This document shows, piece by piece, positions 40,264 to 50,513 of a stretch of 64,000 bases of DNA. How positions within the stretch are numbered: the first letter of the stretch is position 1; each line of letters starts with the position of its first letter. Source of the DNA: an uncultured bacterium (GTDB lineage: Bacteria; Chloroflexota; UBA5177; JANWHV01); contig CAVSOU010000011.1 of the NCBI GenBank assembly GCA_963729625.1, positions 224,001 through 288,000 on the forward strand, given 5' to 3'. The notes under the pieces are model-generated. The model ran no database searches and was not told the DNA's origin. It saw only the letters and a program-made list of their open reading frames with translations. Both the position numbers and the translations under genes were made by a program.

Positions 40264-40560
40264 CTGCTGTACTCCTTTGTGTGTACGCTCCAGTGTTTGC
40301 ATTGGCGGTTGGTTCATCGCCAGAATCTGACTCCGTTGCGTATTGGACTGCCTGGATGGACACGGAACGTCACCGTAGGAACAGATAACGCAACAGTCTC
40401 CGGAATGCGGGCGCAGCCTTCCCCCGCAGCGAGTACTTGTGTAGAAGAAGAGACAGGCGTCCTCCGGCATGGTATCAGTCGTCCGCTGCCCACAAAACGG
40501 ACAGGCCAAGGTGGAGGTCGTCGCTCACGATAGCATCCCCAGTGCTTCCGAGTCTGACAT
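40264..40560 (-). CDS. GDCCVxC-domain Cys-rich protein, in frame with copZ, with an internal TGA at codon 12
   Basis: CPFCG..MPEDAC..GDCCVICSYGDVPCP. ATG 40560 has SD GAGGAG. TGA at 40525-40527. No stop before copZ. Confidence 0.7.
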
Positions 40561-40571
40561 GGTGCCGCTCC

Positions 40572-43136
40572 TCACGCCGCCACGGTGCTTGCATGAGCCG
40601 GCGGCTCGCGATCGAACCGTGCGCCTCCGCGGAAGCGACCGAGGCGCAGGCTGTTACCGACCACCGTGACCGAGGAGAGCGCCATCGCCGCCGCGGCGAA
40701 GATCGGATTGATGATGCCGACAGCAGCCAGAGGTATCAGGGTCACGTTGTAAAAGAGGGCCCAGAACAGGTTCTGCTTGATGATGCGCATGGTCGACCGG
40801 GAAAGGGCAATGGCCTCCGGCACACTTCGGAGGTCGCCGCGCACCAGGGTGATGTCGGCCGCGGCCATGGCCACGTCGGTGCCGGTGCCCAGTGCGATGC
40901 CGACGTCCGCCTGTGCAAGTGCGGGAGCGTCGTTGATGCCGTCACCCACCATAGCCACTATCCGACCCTGGGCCTGCAGGCGTGCTACCTCGGCTGCTTT
41001 TTCCTCCGGCCGCACTTCGGCGACAACCCGCGCGATGCCGGCCAGCCGGCCAACGGCCAGCGCGGTACGTGTATTGTCACCGGTAAGAAGAGTCAAATCG
41101 AGGCCAAGTGCTCGCAGCGATGTGACTGCGTCCGCGGCGCCAGCCTTAATGGTGTCCGCCACGGCGATGATGCCGGCCAGCCGGCCGTCAACCGCCACCA
41201 GCAGCGCTGTTTTGCCTTCGGCTTCAAGTGACTCCAGCACCTCTCCTGACGCCGCGATGTCGATTCCCCGGTCAGAATGCAATCTTCGAGAGCCCACGAG
41301 CACCGCGCGCTCTTCGACCACGCCCTCAACACCGCCGCCGGGAGTGGACTGAAACGTCGTTGGCGTGAGTGCTAGCGGCAACCCGCGCTCCTCTGCCCCC
41401 CGCACGACCGCCTCGCCCAACGGGTGCTCGCTGGCCCGTTCGAGTTCGGCGGCAAGCCGCAGCACATCTTCGGCAGCAAGATCTCCTACGGCGCGGATAT
41501 CAGTGAGGCGCGGCTTGCCTTCGGTGACCGTACCGGTCTTGTCCAGCACTACGGACGTGAGCGCCTGGATGCGCTCGAGACTCTCGCCGCCCTTGATCAG
41601 AATGCCCATGCCTGCTCCGCGACCGGTACCGACCATGATAGCCGTAGGCGTGGCCAGGCCCAGCGCACAGGGGCAGGCGATGATGAGCACGGCTATGGCC
41701 GGAATGAGAGCCTGATTGAAGCTGTGCCCGCCGAGGAGCCAGCCTGCCAGGGTGAGCGTGGCCAGCCCGATCACGACTGGCACGAAGACGCCCGCGATGC
41801 GATCCGCGAGGCGCTGCACGGGCGCCTTGGACCCCTGGGCCCGCTCCACGAGCCGGATGATCCCAGCCAGGACTGTGTGGAGTCCCACGGCGGCGGTCTG
41901 AACGTGCAGAAGCCCCGCGCCGTTGATCGTGGCGCCGATCACACTGTCGCCGGGTCCCTTCGCAACCGGCAGGCTCTCACCCGTCAACATCGACTCATCG
42001 ACGCTGCTCGTCCCGCTGAGGACGGTACCGTCTACCGGGATCTGTTCGCCCGGCCGCACGAGCAGGATATCTCCCAGCACCACACCGTCGATGGGCAGAT
42101 CTCGTTGTTGGCCGTTGCGCAGCACGCGCGCCACGCGTGGCCGCAACCCGGCCAGGCGCCGGATGGCGTCTCCCGTACGACTCTTCGCTGCGGCTTCCAG
42201 GTACTTGCCCAGGTAGATAAAGGTGACGATCAGCGCCGCCGTGTCGAAGTAGACCGCCTGAGTGGCGCCGGTTACAGTCACGACCAGGCTATAGAGGTAG
42301 GCGGCGGATGAGCCCAGCGAGATCAGGGTATCCATGTTGGCTGCTCCATGACGCAAGTTGAGCATGGCGCCGCGATGGAACGCCCAGCCCACGTACAGCC
42401 AAACCGGGAGGGCCAGCAGGGCCAAGAGATAGTAATGCGATCTTGTTGTAGGGACGTTCTCCAGTCCTGGAAGCGTTGCGACAGCCACCACGACGGCGCT
42501 CAGAATGATGCCCAGGGCGAGCAGCCTGCGTCGATGCGTAAGGTCGCGCGTGCCCGCGAGTGCGCCGTCCTCGCCTTCCATATGGTGCTCGATCACGGGG
42601 GATGCACCGTATCCTGCGGCTTCCACGGCGCCAATCAGCTGCGCGGGGTTGGTGGTCGCCGGATCATAGGATACGGCCGCGCGCTCCGTGGCCAGGTTGA
42701 CGCTGGCCGTCAGGACTCCCGGCAACTTGGCAAGCTTACGCTCCACACGCGCCATGCACGACGCGCAGGTCATGCCGGTGATTGACAGCTCCTGGTGGGC
42801 GGCCGCGGCCTTCGTCGTCGCAGGCGCGGTCGCTTGGACGGCCAGCGGTCGGGCGGTGTATCCGGCAGCCTCGACCGCGCGCACAAGATCGCGCACCGCG
42901 ACCGCTGTCGCGTCAAAGGCGACAGAGGCGCGCTCGGTGGCCAGATTCACGTGCGCCGTCTGCACGCCGTCCAGCTTGCCAAGCTTGCGCTCGATCCGTG
43001 CCACGCACGACGCGCAGGTCATACCCCCGATGGCCAGATCGACATGCGCGGCAGAATGCTCGGATCGGGCCGGCGGGGGCGCCTCCGGTGTGGCGGCCCG
43101 AGCTTCGAGGGTCGTGCTCGTTGTCGTGTCAGTCAA
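40572..43136 (-). CDS. copA: Cu(I)-translocating P1B-type ATPase
   Basis: Two GMTCASC HMA domains, TGES, CPC, DKTGT, HP, GDGIND, YN and MALSS. A TTG start at 43136 is likely. Confidence 0.95.
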   Translation of the reverse strand: MTDTTTSTTLEARAATPEAPPPARSEHSAAHVDLAIGGMTCASCVARIERKLGKLDGVQTAHVNLATERASVAFDATAVAVRDLVRAVEAAGYTARPLAVQATAPATTKAAAAHQELSITGMTCASCMARVERKLAKLPGVLTASVNLATERAAVSYDPATTNPAQLIGAVEAAGYGASPVIEHHMEGEDGALAGTRDLTHRRRLLALGIILSAVVVAVATLPGLENVPTTRSHYYLLALLALPVWLYVGWAFHRGAMLNLRHGAANMDTLISLGSSAAYLYSLVVTVTGATQAVYFDTAALIVTFIYLGKYLEAAAKSRTGDAIRRLAGLRPRVARVLRNGQQRDLPIDGVVLGDILLVRPGEQIPVDGTVLSGTSSVDESMLTGESLPVAKGPGDSVIGATINGAGLLHVQTAAVGLHTVLAGIIRLVERAQGSKAPVQRLADRIAGVFVPVVIGLATLTLAGWLLGGHSFNQALIPAIAVLIIACPCALGLATPTAIMVGTGRGAGMGILIKGGESLERIQALTSVVLDKTGTVTEGKPRLTDIRAVGDLAAEDVLRLAAELERASEHPLGEAVVRGAEERGLPLALTPTTFQSTPGGGVEGVVEERAVLVGSRRLHSDRGIDIAASGEVLESLEAEGKTALLVAVDGRLAGIIAVADTIKAGAADAVTSLRALGLDLTLLTGDNTRTALAVGRLAGIARVVAEVRPEEKAAEVARLQAQGRIVAMVGDGINDAPALAQADVGIALGTGTDVAMAAADITLVRGDLRSVPEAIALSRSTMRIIKQNLFWALFYNVTLIPLAAVGIINPIFAAAAMALSSVTVVGNSLRLGRFRGGARFDREPPAHASTVAA

Positions 43137-43149
43137 CGTTCGCTCCGGC

Positions 43150-43542
43150 CTACGCCTTCGAGCTCGACTCAGCCGGTTGGCCATAGTACCTGTCAAGGAC
43201 ATCAGCAGAGGATAATGCTGTGTCCGGCGCAGACAGCACCTCAGTGCCGACCGCGCCGCGTCCGTCGATCAGGCTGGTGTCGTATTTGAGGGCGCCCATC
43301 AGCTCGTCGATGATCTCCTCGCCCATTCCATTCTTGATGGCCGTCGAAACGCAGCTTGAGAGATGATTGCGCAGGAAGATCTGCTGCACGCGCTGCAGCG
43401 TGCCTTGCACAGCGGACAGTTGTTTCATGAGGTCCACACAGTATTCGTCGTTCTCTACCATGCGCCGCACGCCCTCAAGATGTCCTGCGGCCACCTTGAG
43501 CCGGAGAGTGGCCTCTTTCTTGTATTCCGGAAGCATTGACAT
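43150..43542 (-). CDS. csoR: Copper-sensing repressor CsoR
   Basis: [27 protein letters not shown] (C-H-C ligands). Confidence 0.9.
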   Translation of the reverse strand: MSMLPEYKKEATLRLKVAAGHLEGVRRMVENDEYCVDLMKQLSAVQGTLQRVQQIFLRNHLSSCVSTAIKNGMGEEIIDELMGALKYDTSLIDGRGAVGTEVLSAPDTALSSADVLDRYYGQPAESSSKA

Positions 43543-43605
43543 TCATCCCTGTAGTTTGGCAGTTCGACCAAGGGCCCAATCGGGCAGATCGGCGGTCTCA
43601 AGAAG

Positions 43606-43634
43606 ATCATAGCCCACCCCAGGTGGGGTGTCAA
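43606..43634 (-). promoter_or_regulatory. sigma70 promoter (TTGACA-17-TATGAT) with a CsoR operator in the spacer
   Basis: Plus strand reads TAGCCCACCCCAGGTGGGGTG, a C-tract/G-tract pseudo-palindrome typical of CsoR operators, directly upstream of csoR. Confidence 0.85.
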
Positions 43635-44235
43635 TGCCGCACGTCTTGCGCCTGCTCATCACGGGGCACGCCCCAGCCAACCGGTACGCCCTCCGGTGGT
43701 GTAGCGCTCATTGGCAGCAATTGCGCGATCGACAACCTCGGCGCCGGTGTCGCGATCAAGGTCCAGGCTACCGCCGCGGCGAGCGACCTCTTGCCGGCGG
43801 CCGTTGGAGCCAGCGGCATGCCGGCGAGCTGGACGACCCCGCCCGGGTGGACGGCCGGAGCAGGCGGAGAGATCTCTGGCTCAGGTCTCATCTTGTCATT
43901 ATGCGTGCTGCTGAGCCTTCAGAAACGCATACTCACAGCCTACGTGGCAGGCATGAACGGCCAATTGCCGATTCGTACGCAATCGTATGCTTTCCATAAG
44001 GTATTTGTAACCTGCCCCCGTAGGGTGCGAGCGGCGCTGGCCAGCAAGCCTTCAGTGCATGGCCGTGGCATCGATGCAACGCGGATGAGCCGGCCGCCAG
44101 CAGCTTGACGCGAGGCATCAGTATGAAAGTCTCCAGGTCGATACAAACTGTTTACGGATTTCGTGACGTGGCGCTAACACCTTCCCTGTACCGTAAGCGG
44201 TGACGGGAACTGCGACTGGTAGAAGGGACCGCTGG

Positions 44236-44253
44236 ACCACAATATCTTGTGGT
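44236..44253. promoter_or_regulatory. NrdR-box-like palindrome ACCACAATATCTTGTGGT
   Basis: Close match to the consensus acaCwAtATaTwGtgt. Confidence 0.5.
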
Positions 44254-44338
44254 AGCCAATCTTGCTATATCCACTACCTTGCGGAATAGCCCAGACTATG
44301 CGATCATTTCAGTAGTGCATCGAGAGGGAATTGCGTCC

Positions 44339-44716
44339 ATGACTCCAATGAAGCGGCAGCCAACTAGTCTCATGACCGGCAGCCTCGTATTTATGGTCCT
44401 GGCGGTGATCCTGGCTGTGCTGTCGGGTGACCTATTGCTCGTGCTGGCGGTCAGTTCCGCAATCGGCGGGGTCATGGTGCTGAGCCGGCCGTCTCGCAAG
44501 CCCGTGCACGTGCGTGTGGCGGCTCCCAGGTACGAGGTCTCCGAGTCTCGACGGGCGGTGTCCTCGGAGCGAGCGATGATGTATGGCTCGAACCGAACGG
44601 CTGCCAGGAGCATCGGCGTCGCGCGCGCTCGTTCACGTCGAGCGTCAGGCACTCTGACCCGGCCATACACAGTCGTCTCGGATTCCTCATTGCCGGTTAT
44701 CCAGGTGCTTCGCTAG
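44339..44716 (+). CDS. Hypothetical small membrane protein (two TM, basic tail)
   Basis: SD GAGGG, hydrophobic hairpin, Arg-rich C-terminus. Confidence 0.55.
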   Translation: MTPMKRQPTSLMTGSLVFMVLAVILAVLSGDLLLVLAVSSAIGGVMVLSRPSRKPVHVRVAAPRYEVSESRRAVSSERAMMYGSNRTAARSIGVARARSRRASGTLTRPYTVVSDSSLPVIQVLR

Positions 44717-44782
44717 GTTGAAGCTGCCTGTCGGGCATGGGCCACGCCGATCATGGGCGACTTTCACGAGTTCGCGGTCTTC

Positions 44783-46186
44783 TCACGAAGATTCACCACC
44801 CATGCTTGCTGGGGAGCGCAGCGATAGGGGCAAATCCGGCCACTGGCGTGTATCCGGGTCAGGCACGTACTCCCCTGACGTGCCCAGCACTCGATAGCGC
44901 CATCGTGGGCCGTCGCGCAGCACCGACTCCAGAGCGGCCACGAAGTAGTCGATGTCCGCGCGAGTTGTGCCCAACCCTATGCTCATGCGGACCGCGCCGG
45001 GAATTCTGTCCTTGTGGCCGGAGGCGATATCTGCGTGTATGCGATCGGCCCGGGCGTCGTTCACGCCGATCAGCTTCACCATGAACGGATGAGCGCAAAA
45101 GCAGCCGTGCCGTACGCCCACGCCGAACTCAGCGCTGAGGATCGCGGCAAGCAGACTATGCCAGTAGGTGGCCAGATTGAATGTGATGATGCCGAGTCTG
45201 GCCACGTCGGCGTCGGGCCACAATGCGTAGTGGGTAATACCTGGAATTTTCGACAGCTCCATGCGTGCATAGTTCGCAAGCTCGATTTCTTCGGCCGCAA
45301 CGCGGTGCATGCCATAGCACGACAGCGTGTCACAGGCAGCACCGAGAGCCACCGCGCCGACCACGTTCGGAGAGCCTGCCTCTTGGCGGTCCGGCAGGGA
45401 AGTCCACAACACATCGTCGAGCGTCACGAAATCGACGGCTCCGCCGCCAAACAGGAAGGGTGGCGCATTGCCGAGCCAGTCGGACCGACCGACGAGCACG
45501 CCTGCTCCAAACGGCGCGTACATCTTGTGACCCGACATCGCAAGGTAGTCGACGCCAAGCTCCTGCATGTCGATTGGTACGTGTGGCGCAAGTTGGGCAG
45601 CGTCGACGAGCACGCGCGCGTCATAGCGGTGAACCAGGTCGACGATCTGGCGCACCGGCCAGACCTCACCGGTCACGTTTGATGCGCCTGTGACCGCGAC
45701 GAGACGGTGTCGATTGGCGAGAGCCTTTAGCCTGTCCTCGAGCAACAGCAGGACATCGCCGGGGCTCGACGGTACCGGCAGGTAGTGCACCTCGGCGTGG
45801 CCGCGCCGCCAAGGAAGCATGTTGGCGTGGTGCTCGGTGGCAAATGCCAGCACCGCCGTACGATCGGGCAGGCTGCTGGCAAGCAGGTTCACCGCGTCAG
45901 TGGTGTTGCGTGTGAACACGACCTCCGCGGCGACGTCGGCGTGGAAGAACGTATGCACGGCGCGCCTGGCGCTCTCATATGCGGCCGTCGATACCTGCGA
46001 CCTGAAGCCGGCGCCTCGATGCACGCTGCTGTACCACGGCAGAAATGCGTCGACGGCGTGGGCGACGCTGGCCAGGGGAGGGGTGCTCGCGGCGTAGTCG
46101 AGATTTACATAACGACACGATGAACCGCTCACCAAGGGGACCATCTGATTCTCGCCGACGAGAAACGGCCGTTGTTGTACAGTCAT
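44783..46186 (-). CDS. Class V PLP aminotransferase, cysteine desulfurase-like
   Basis: LDYAASTP, SSVHRGAG, EHHAN, DAAQ, SGHKMYAP, RHGCFCAHP. Confidence 0.9.
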   Translation of the reverse strand: MTVQQRPFLVGENQMVPLVSGSSCRYVNLDYAASTPPLASVAHAVDAFLPWYSSVHRGAGFRSQVSTAAYESARRAVHTFFHADVAAEVVFTRNTTDAVNLLASSLPDRTAVLAFATEHHANMLPWRRGHAEVHYLPVPSSPGDVLLLLEDRLKALANRHRLVAVTGASNVTGEVWPVRQIVDLVHRYDARVLVDAAQLAPHVPIDMQELGVDYLAMSGHKMYAPFGAGVLVGRSDWLGNAPPFLFGGGAVDFVTLDDVLWTSLPDRQEAGSPNVVGAVALGAACDTLSCYGMHRVAAEEIELANYARMELSKIPGITHYALWPDADVARLGIITFNLATYWHSLLAAILSAEFGVGVRHGCFCAHPFMVKLIGVNDARADRIHADIASGHKDRIPGAVRMSIGLGTTRADIDYFVAALESVLRDGPRWRYRVLGTSGEYVPDPDTRQWPDLPLSLRSPASMGGESS

Positions 46187-46235
46187 GAATCGTGCCTCCG
46201 ATTGCCACCTGGATGAATCGATCGCTGCTCGATAG

Positions 46236-46982
46236 TCACGGTTTGCCGGTTTCTGTGTGGACGATGGAGAGCCCCAGAGGCTTTCTGGAGGGCGTTGACA
46301 GATTGGTCGAGAGGAGTTCCTCGCTGGATAAGAGGCTCTCAATCACCATGACCTGCGAAGCCCGCGTATGCGCATTGACGGCCTCGCGCGCCAGATCTGC
46401 GTCGCCGTGCACGATGGCCCGCACGATCTCCTGGTGCTCGCGCACGTTTTCGTCCGACCGGGACATTAACATAAGGCCCATATAGTGCAGCCGCTCCATT
46501 TGGTCGAGCACCTGCTCAAGCACGGCGGCAAGGTGCCTGTTACCCGTTGCCCTGGCCACGATCGCGTGGAACCGCGTGTTCGCCGCCAGAAACTCGCTGA
46601 TGCTGGCGGGGTCGCGCGGGTTATAGCCGATCTTGCTCAGTTCTGTCAGCGCCTGGAGTTGGGCAGTTTCCATACCCTGGCTCGCAGCCAGGCGCGCGGC
46701 CTCGTCTTCGAGTATGATGCGCAGCGAGAACCAGTCGCGCACGTCGTTGAGCGTTACCGGCGCCACCCGGTAACGACGCCGTGCCGGCAGCTCAACCAGC
46801 CCCTCGCGTTGCAACCAGCCAAGCGCTTCGCGCACTGGCGTCTTGCTGAGCGACAGTTCGGCGGCAAGCTGGCCTTCGGTGAACGGCATGCCAGGCGGCA
46901 TGTCCAGGCATATGATGCGGCGCTTGATCGTGAGATAGGCCTGCTCATTGAGCGTCCGATGCGCCGCGCCAACCGTGCCCAT
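46236..46982 (-). CDS. GntR (FadR/FCD) transcriptional regulator
   Basis: EGQLAAELSLSKTPVREAL; FCD motifs NTRFH and EHQEIV. Confidence 0.92.
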   Translation of the reverse strand: MGTVGAAHRTLNEQAYLTIKRRIICLDMPPGMPFTEGQLAAELSLSKTPVREALGWLQREGLVELPARRRYRVAPVTLNDVRDWFSLRIILEDEAARLAASQGMETAQLQALTELSKIGYNPRDPASISEFLAANTRFHAIVARATGNRHLAAVLEQVLDQMERLHYMGLMLMSRSDENVREHQEIVRAIVHGDADLAREAVNAHTRASQVMVIESLLSSEELLSTNLSTPSRKPLGLSIVHTETGKP

Positions 46983-47027
46983 CTCCAGTCCACTCGCCCC
47001 ACGCTATACCGATCACGCCAGCTCAGT

Positions 47028-47057
47028 ATATTATTGCACTCAGCAGGATATTGTCAA
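47028..47057 (-). promoter_or_regulatory. Putative sigma70 promoter for gntR (TTGACA-18-TAATAT)
   Basis: Perfect -35 in an AT-rich patch upstream of gntR. Confidence 0.45.
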
Positions 47058-47213
47058 CTAAGGTTCTTGATGCAGCGACGAAAGCCACCTCGGCGAACGC
47101 GCCTGCACCGAGCCGAGCCAGTGTTGCGCTTCCAGCCGGCTTCCGGAGGAATTCCGCCCTGAGGCCGGCGCAGGGTGTGCGGACAGGCGGGCGGCAAAGA
47201 GGAGAGGGCGCTG

Positions 47214-47810
47214 TCAGTCTGCGCGCGCTGCTGCCAGTGAACAGGCCGCCAGCGTGGTATAGCGCGGGCCGCCGGGGCCGAGATCGCTTTGCAGGAGCTG
47301 CACCGCGCACACCTCGACCGGGGCAAGTCGGGGAACTGTCGTGGCAGTCCAGAGGCGCCCGATCTCGGCCCTCGCGTCGGGCGACGTGCCGTCTCGTACG
47401 CGCCCTATTGTGAGATGGGCGCTGAACGACTCACTCGGCATCGATATGCCGCCGCGGTTCAGCGCGGCGTGCAGGTGACCGCGCAGGCCGGCAAGTGCCT
47501 CGACGCCCGATCCAGCGCCGACCCAGAGCACGCGCGGGCGCGCCGGAGCGGGGAAACATCCAGCTCCCTCAATAGTTAACGAGAAACGGTTGACGTCGCG
47601 ACACACTGCCGTCGCGAGGCCTTTGACGATGCCTACCTCGGCCGGCAAGCGTTCGCCCAGAAAAATGAGCGTGAGGTGCCAGAGCTCCGGACTCACCCAG
47701 CGAACGCTCGGAAAACGAACGCGCAGCGGAGCGACCACGGCATCAACGGCCGCGCGAATATCTTCTCGTATCGACACTGCCAGGAACACGCGAATCGAGT
47801 GCTCGCTCAC
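47214..47810 (-). CDS. thpR: RNA 2',3'-cyclic phosphodiesterase (2H family)
   Basis: RVFLAV, HLTL and HLTI motifs, PRVLWVG. Confidence 0.9.
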   Translation of the reverse strand: MSEHSIRVFLAVSIREDIRAAVDAVVAPLRVRFPSVRWVSPELWHLTLIFLGERLPAEVGIVKGLATAVCRDVNRFSLTIEGAGCFPAPARPRVLWVGAGSGVEALAGLRGHLHAALNRGGISMPSESFSAHLTIGRVRDGTSPDARAEIGRLWTATTVPRLAPVEVCAVQLLQSDLGPGGPRYTTLAACSLAAARAD

Positions 47811-47991
47811 GGTAGCCAGTGTAGCGCAGTCAACGCTGGGCCGGCGCCGGCGTTTCCAGCCCCATCCACAGATGCCCTACCCTACGGGCTACGCCGGAGG
47901 CGACCAACGGTCGCATTTGCACGCGTGTGGGTCGCGGCCGCCTCGGCCGCTGCCTTCCGCCAATACTGTAAGGTCGCGGCCTCGAGATACG

Positions 47992-48591
47992 CTAGAGCAC
48001 GGATTCCTGCAGATGCGCGGTACTGTTCCAGAGCCCGATTGCGGCTTGATCGTGCTCGAACCCGAGGACGCAGATCGCGCCGGCAAAGAGCTCGAAAAGG
48101 CGCGCGTCGAGCGGCGGCAGTCCCAGCCAGCGCGCGGCCAGGATGCGCAGGCAATGCCCGTGCCCGAACACCGCGGCGCGCCCGCCCATCGCGCGGAGAT
48201 CGGCGATAACGCGGTCGCAGCGTGTGCCTACCGATTCGATTGGCTCGCCGCCTGGAAGCGGCCCGCTCCAGACCGTCCACCCCGGCACGCGCCTGCGCAT
48301 ATCGGGTGTGGTGCGTCCCTCAACGTCACCGTAGTCCCACTCCACCAGCTCCTGACGAATGACCATCTGATTGCCCAGGCCTGCGACGATACACGTGTCG
48401 CGCGCTCGGCTGAGGGGACTGACGAACACGCGATCGAACTGCCGGCCGGCAAGCGCCCGTCCAATCTGGGTTGCCTGCCTTCGGCCTTCTTCAGTTAGTG
48501 GGACGTCTGTCTTTCCCGTATGCCGGCCGCTTTTGCTCCAGGCAGTCTCGCCGTGCCTGACGAGCACCACTTCGCGGTCACGCGGTGTCAC
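47992..48591 (-). CDS. Histidine phosphatase (phosphoglycerate mutase family)
   Basis: VRHGETAWS, SPLSRA, EWDYG, FGHGH. The GTG start overlaps the zwf stop. Confidence 0.9.
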   Translation of the reverse strand: MTPRDREVVLVRHGETAWSKSGRHTGKTDVPLTEEGRRQATQIGRALAGRQFDRVFVSPLSRARDTCIVAGLGNQMVIRQELVEWDYGDVEGRTTPDMRRRVPGWTVWSGPLPGGEPIESVGTRCDRVIADLRAMGGRAAVFGHGHCLRILAARWLGLPPLDARLFELFAGAICVLGFEHDQAAIGLWNSTAHLQESVL

Positions 48592-50126
48592 GGCACGTGC
48601 CATTTGCGGTTGTCGCGTGTCAAGAGATCGGCCGCAGCACGCGGCCCCCAGGTGCCGGCGGCATACGGTGGAATCTCCTCGTCATCGGTAGCCCAGCGAT
48701 CGAGCAGATCGTTGACGAAGGCCCACGACAGCTCCACCTCATCGGAGCGTGTGAACAGCGTGCGCTCGCCAAGCGCGCAGTCGAGTATGAGCCGTTCGTA
48801 CGCATCGGGAGAGACGGTCGAAAACGAGGCTTCGTACTTGAACTCCATGTCGACTGACATGAGGAGCATTGCCGGACCCGGCTGCTTGGCGCCAAAGCGC
48901 AGGATAATACCCTCGTCGGGCTGAAGTCGCACTACGAGCACATCCGGTTCGAGTGCCTTTGCGCCAGCAGCGCTGAAAGGCAGGTGGGGAACGCCCTTGA
49001 ACTGCACGACGATTTCGGACACCCGCTTCGGCAAGCGCTTGCCATGCCGCAGATAGAACGGCGTGCCCGCCCAACGCCAGTTGTCGATGCCGACCCTGAG
49101 GGCAACAAACGTTTCGGTTCGGGAGTGGGGACTGACTCCCGGCTCCTGCGTGTAGCCGGACACGAGCACCTTGTCGATGTTGCCGGGGCTGTACTGTCCC
49201 CGGACGGCATCGTGCTCGAGATGGCTTGCATGGAACGGATGGAGCGCCTTCAGCACCTTTACCTTCTCGTCGCGCACCGCTTCGGCTTCCAGAGTAACCG
49301 GAGGCTCCATGGCCATCAGCGCCAGCACCTGGAGTAAGTGGTTCTGCACGACGTCGCGCAGCGCGCCCGCGCTCTCGTAATAACTCGCCCGACCTTCGAT
49401 GCCGATTTCTTCAGCCACGGTGATCTGCACGTGGTCGATGTGCTGCGAACTCCAGACTGGTTCCCAGAGCCGGTTGGCAAACCGGAACGCCAGAATATTC
49501 TGGACCGTTTCCTTGCCCAGGTAGTGGTCGATGCGAAAGACTTCACCCTCTTCGAACACACTTTGCACGAGTTGGTTCAGCTCCCTGGCGGAGGCCAGAT
49601 CGTGCCCGAACGGTTTCTCAACGATGATGCGTGACCATCCGGTCTCTCCGTTGCGATGGCCAAGGCCGACCTGGCCGAGGTTCTGTACAATGGCAGGAAA
49701 GACGTTCGGCGGCGTGGAGAAGTAGAACAGATAGTTACCGCGCGTGCCGCGCGTGCGATCGATCTCTTCCAGACGCTCGCGAAGCCGCGTATACGCCGAA
49801 GGGTCGTCGTAGCTGCCCTGCATGTACGAGATCAGTGGGCTGAGCGCTTCCCACACGTCCGTGCGGATGGGCCTGCTGCGCGAGAATCGCTCGAGCCCGG
49901 CGCGTACGTTGGCTCGAAACTCGTCGTCCGTCAGTGTATGACGGCCAAAGCCGAGGATCTCCGTGTTTCCCGCGAGTATTCCGCTCACGGCGAGGTTATA
50001 GAGCGCCGGGAGCAACTTGCGCGTCGTGAGATCGCCGGACGCACCGAAAATGACAATCACGCATGGTGGCGCGGCACGCTCCAGCTGCGCTGGCATAGGC
50101 GTAGCATCCGGACTCTTCGTCAGCAT
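48588..50126 (-). CDS. zwf: Glucose-6-phosphate 1-dehydrogenase
   Basis: GASGDLT, EKPFG, RIDHYLGKE, YERL, YAAGTWGP. Confidence 0.97.
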   Translation of the reverse strand: MLTKSPDATPMPAQLERAAPPCVIVIFGASGDLTTRKLLPALYNLAVSGILAGNTEILGFGRHTLTDDEFRANVRAGLERFSRSRPIRTDVWEALSPLISYMQGSYDDPSAYTRLRERLEEIDRTRGTRGNYLFYFSTPPNVFPAIVQNLGQVGLGHRNGETGWSRIIVEKPFGHDLASARELNQLVQSVFEEGEVFRIDHYLGKETVQNILAFRFANRLWEPVWSSQHIDHVQITVAEEIGIEGRASYYESAGALRDVVQNHLLQVLALMAMEPPVTLEAEAVRDEKVKVLKALHPFHASHLEHDAVRGQYSPGNIDKVLVSGYTQEPGVSPHSRTETFVALRVGIDNWRWAGTPFYLRHGKRLPKRVSEIVVQFKGVPHLPFSAAGAKALEPDVLVVRLQPDEGIILRFGAKQPGPAMLLMSVDMEFKYEASFSTVSPDAYERLILDCALGERTLFTRSDEVELSWAFVNDLLDRWATDDEEIPPYAAGTWGPRAAADLLTRDNRKWHVP

Positions 50127-50255
50127 CTGGTAACCGATCCTTTCCTCTCATGGAATAGGCCCGCTCCGGGGCACGGCTCGCATGCCACCAGCGGCACGCC
50201 GCACTTCGTCCGACGTTCGCCGCCGATAAGAGGACCCTACTCTTGTATATAGCGG

Positions 50256-50507
50256 ATGTGGCAGTACGTTCGCGTTCCGGGCGAGCGGCACGCCCAAAGC
50301 GCCCTTTCGCTTACCGCGGCCGAGGCGGTCGAGCGACTGATCGCGGGCCTGGGTGCCGGCATGGCCGCGGCAGCGATTGCCGACAGCCGACCATCTCTCG
50401 TCGACCGGACGATTTACTGGTTCCAGTACATCGACCAGATTGAACGAGCGCTTGGCTTGGGGGCCGAGCAGTTCTCCAGTCGAGGGGGACGAGCGGCGAC
50501 GCCGTGA
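50256..50507 (+). CDS. Hypothetical small protein
   Basis: 83-aa ORF filling the gap between zwf and the ABC-F gene; no recognised motif. Confidence 0.3.
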   Translation: MWQYVRVPGERHAQSALSLTAAEAVERLIAGLGAGMAAAAIADSRPSLVDRTIYWFQYIDQIERALGLGAEQFSSRGGRAATP

Positions 50508-50513
50508 CACGCG

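Noticed and set aside
43631-44150. Several overlapping short ORFs upstream of csoR
   Set aside because: No motif, SD or consistent frame that I can support.
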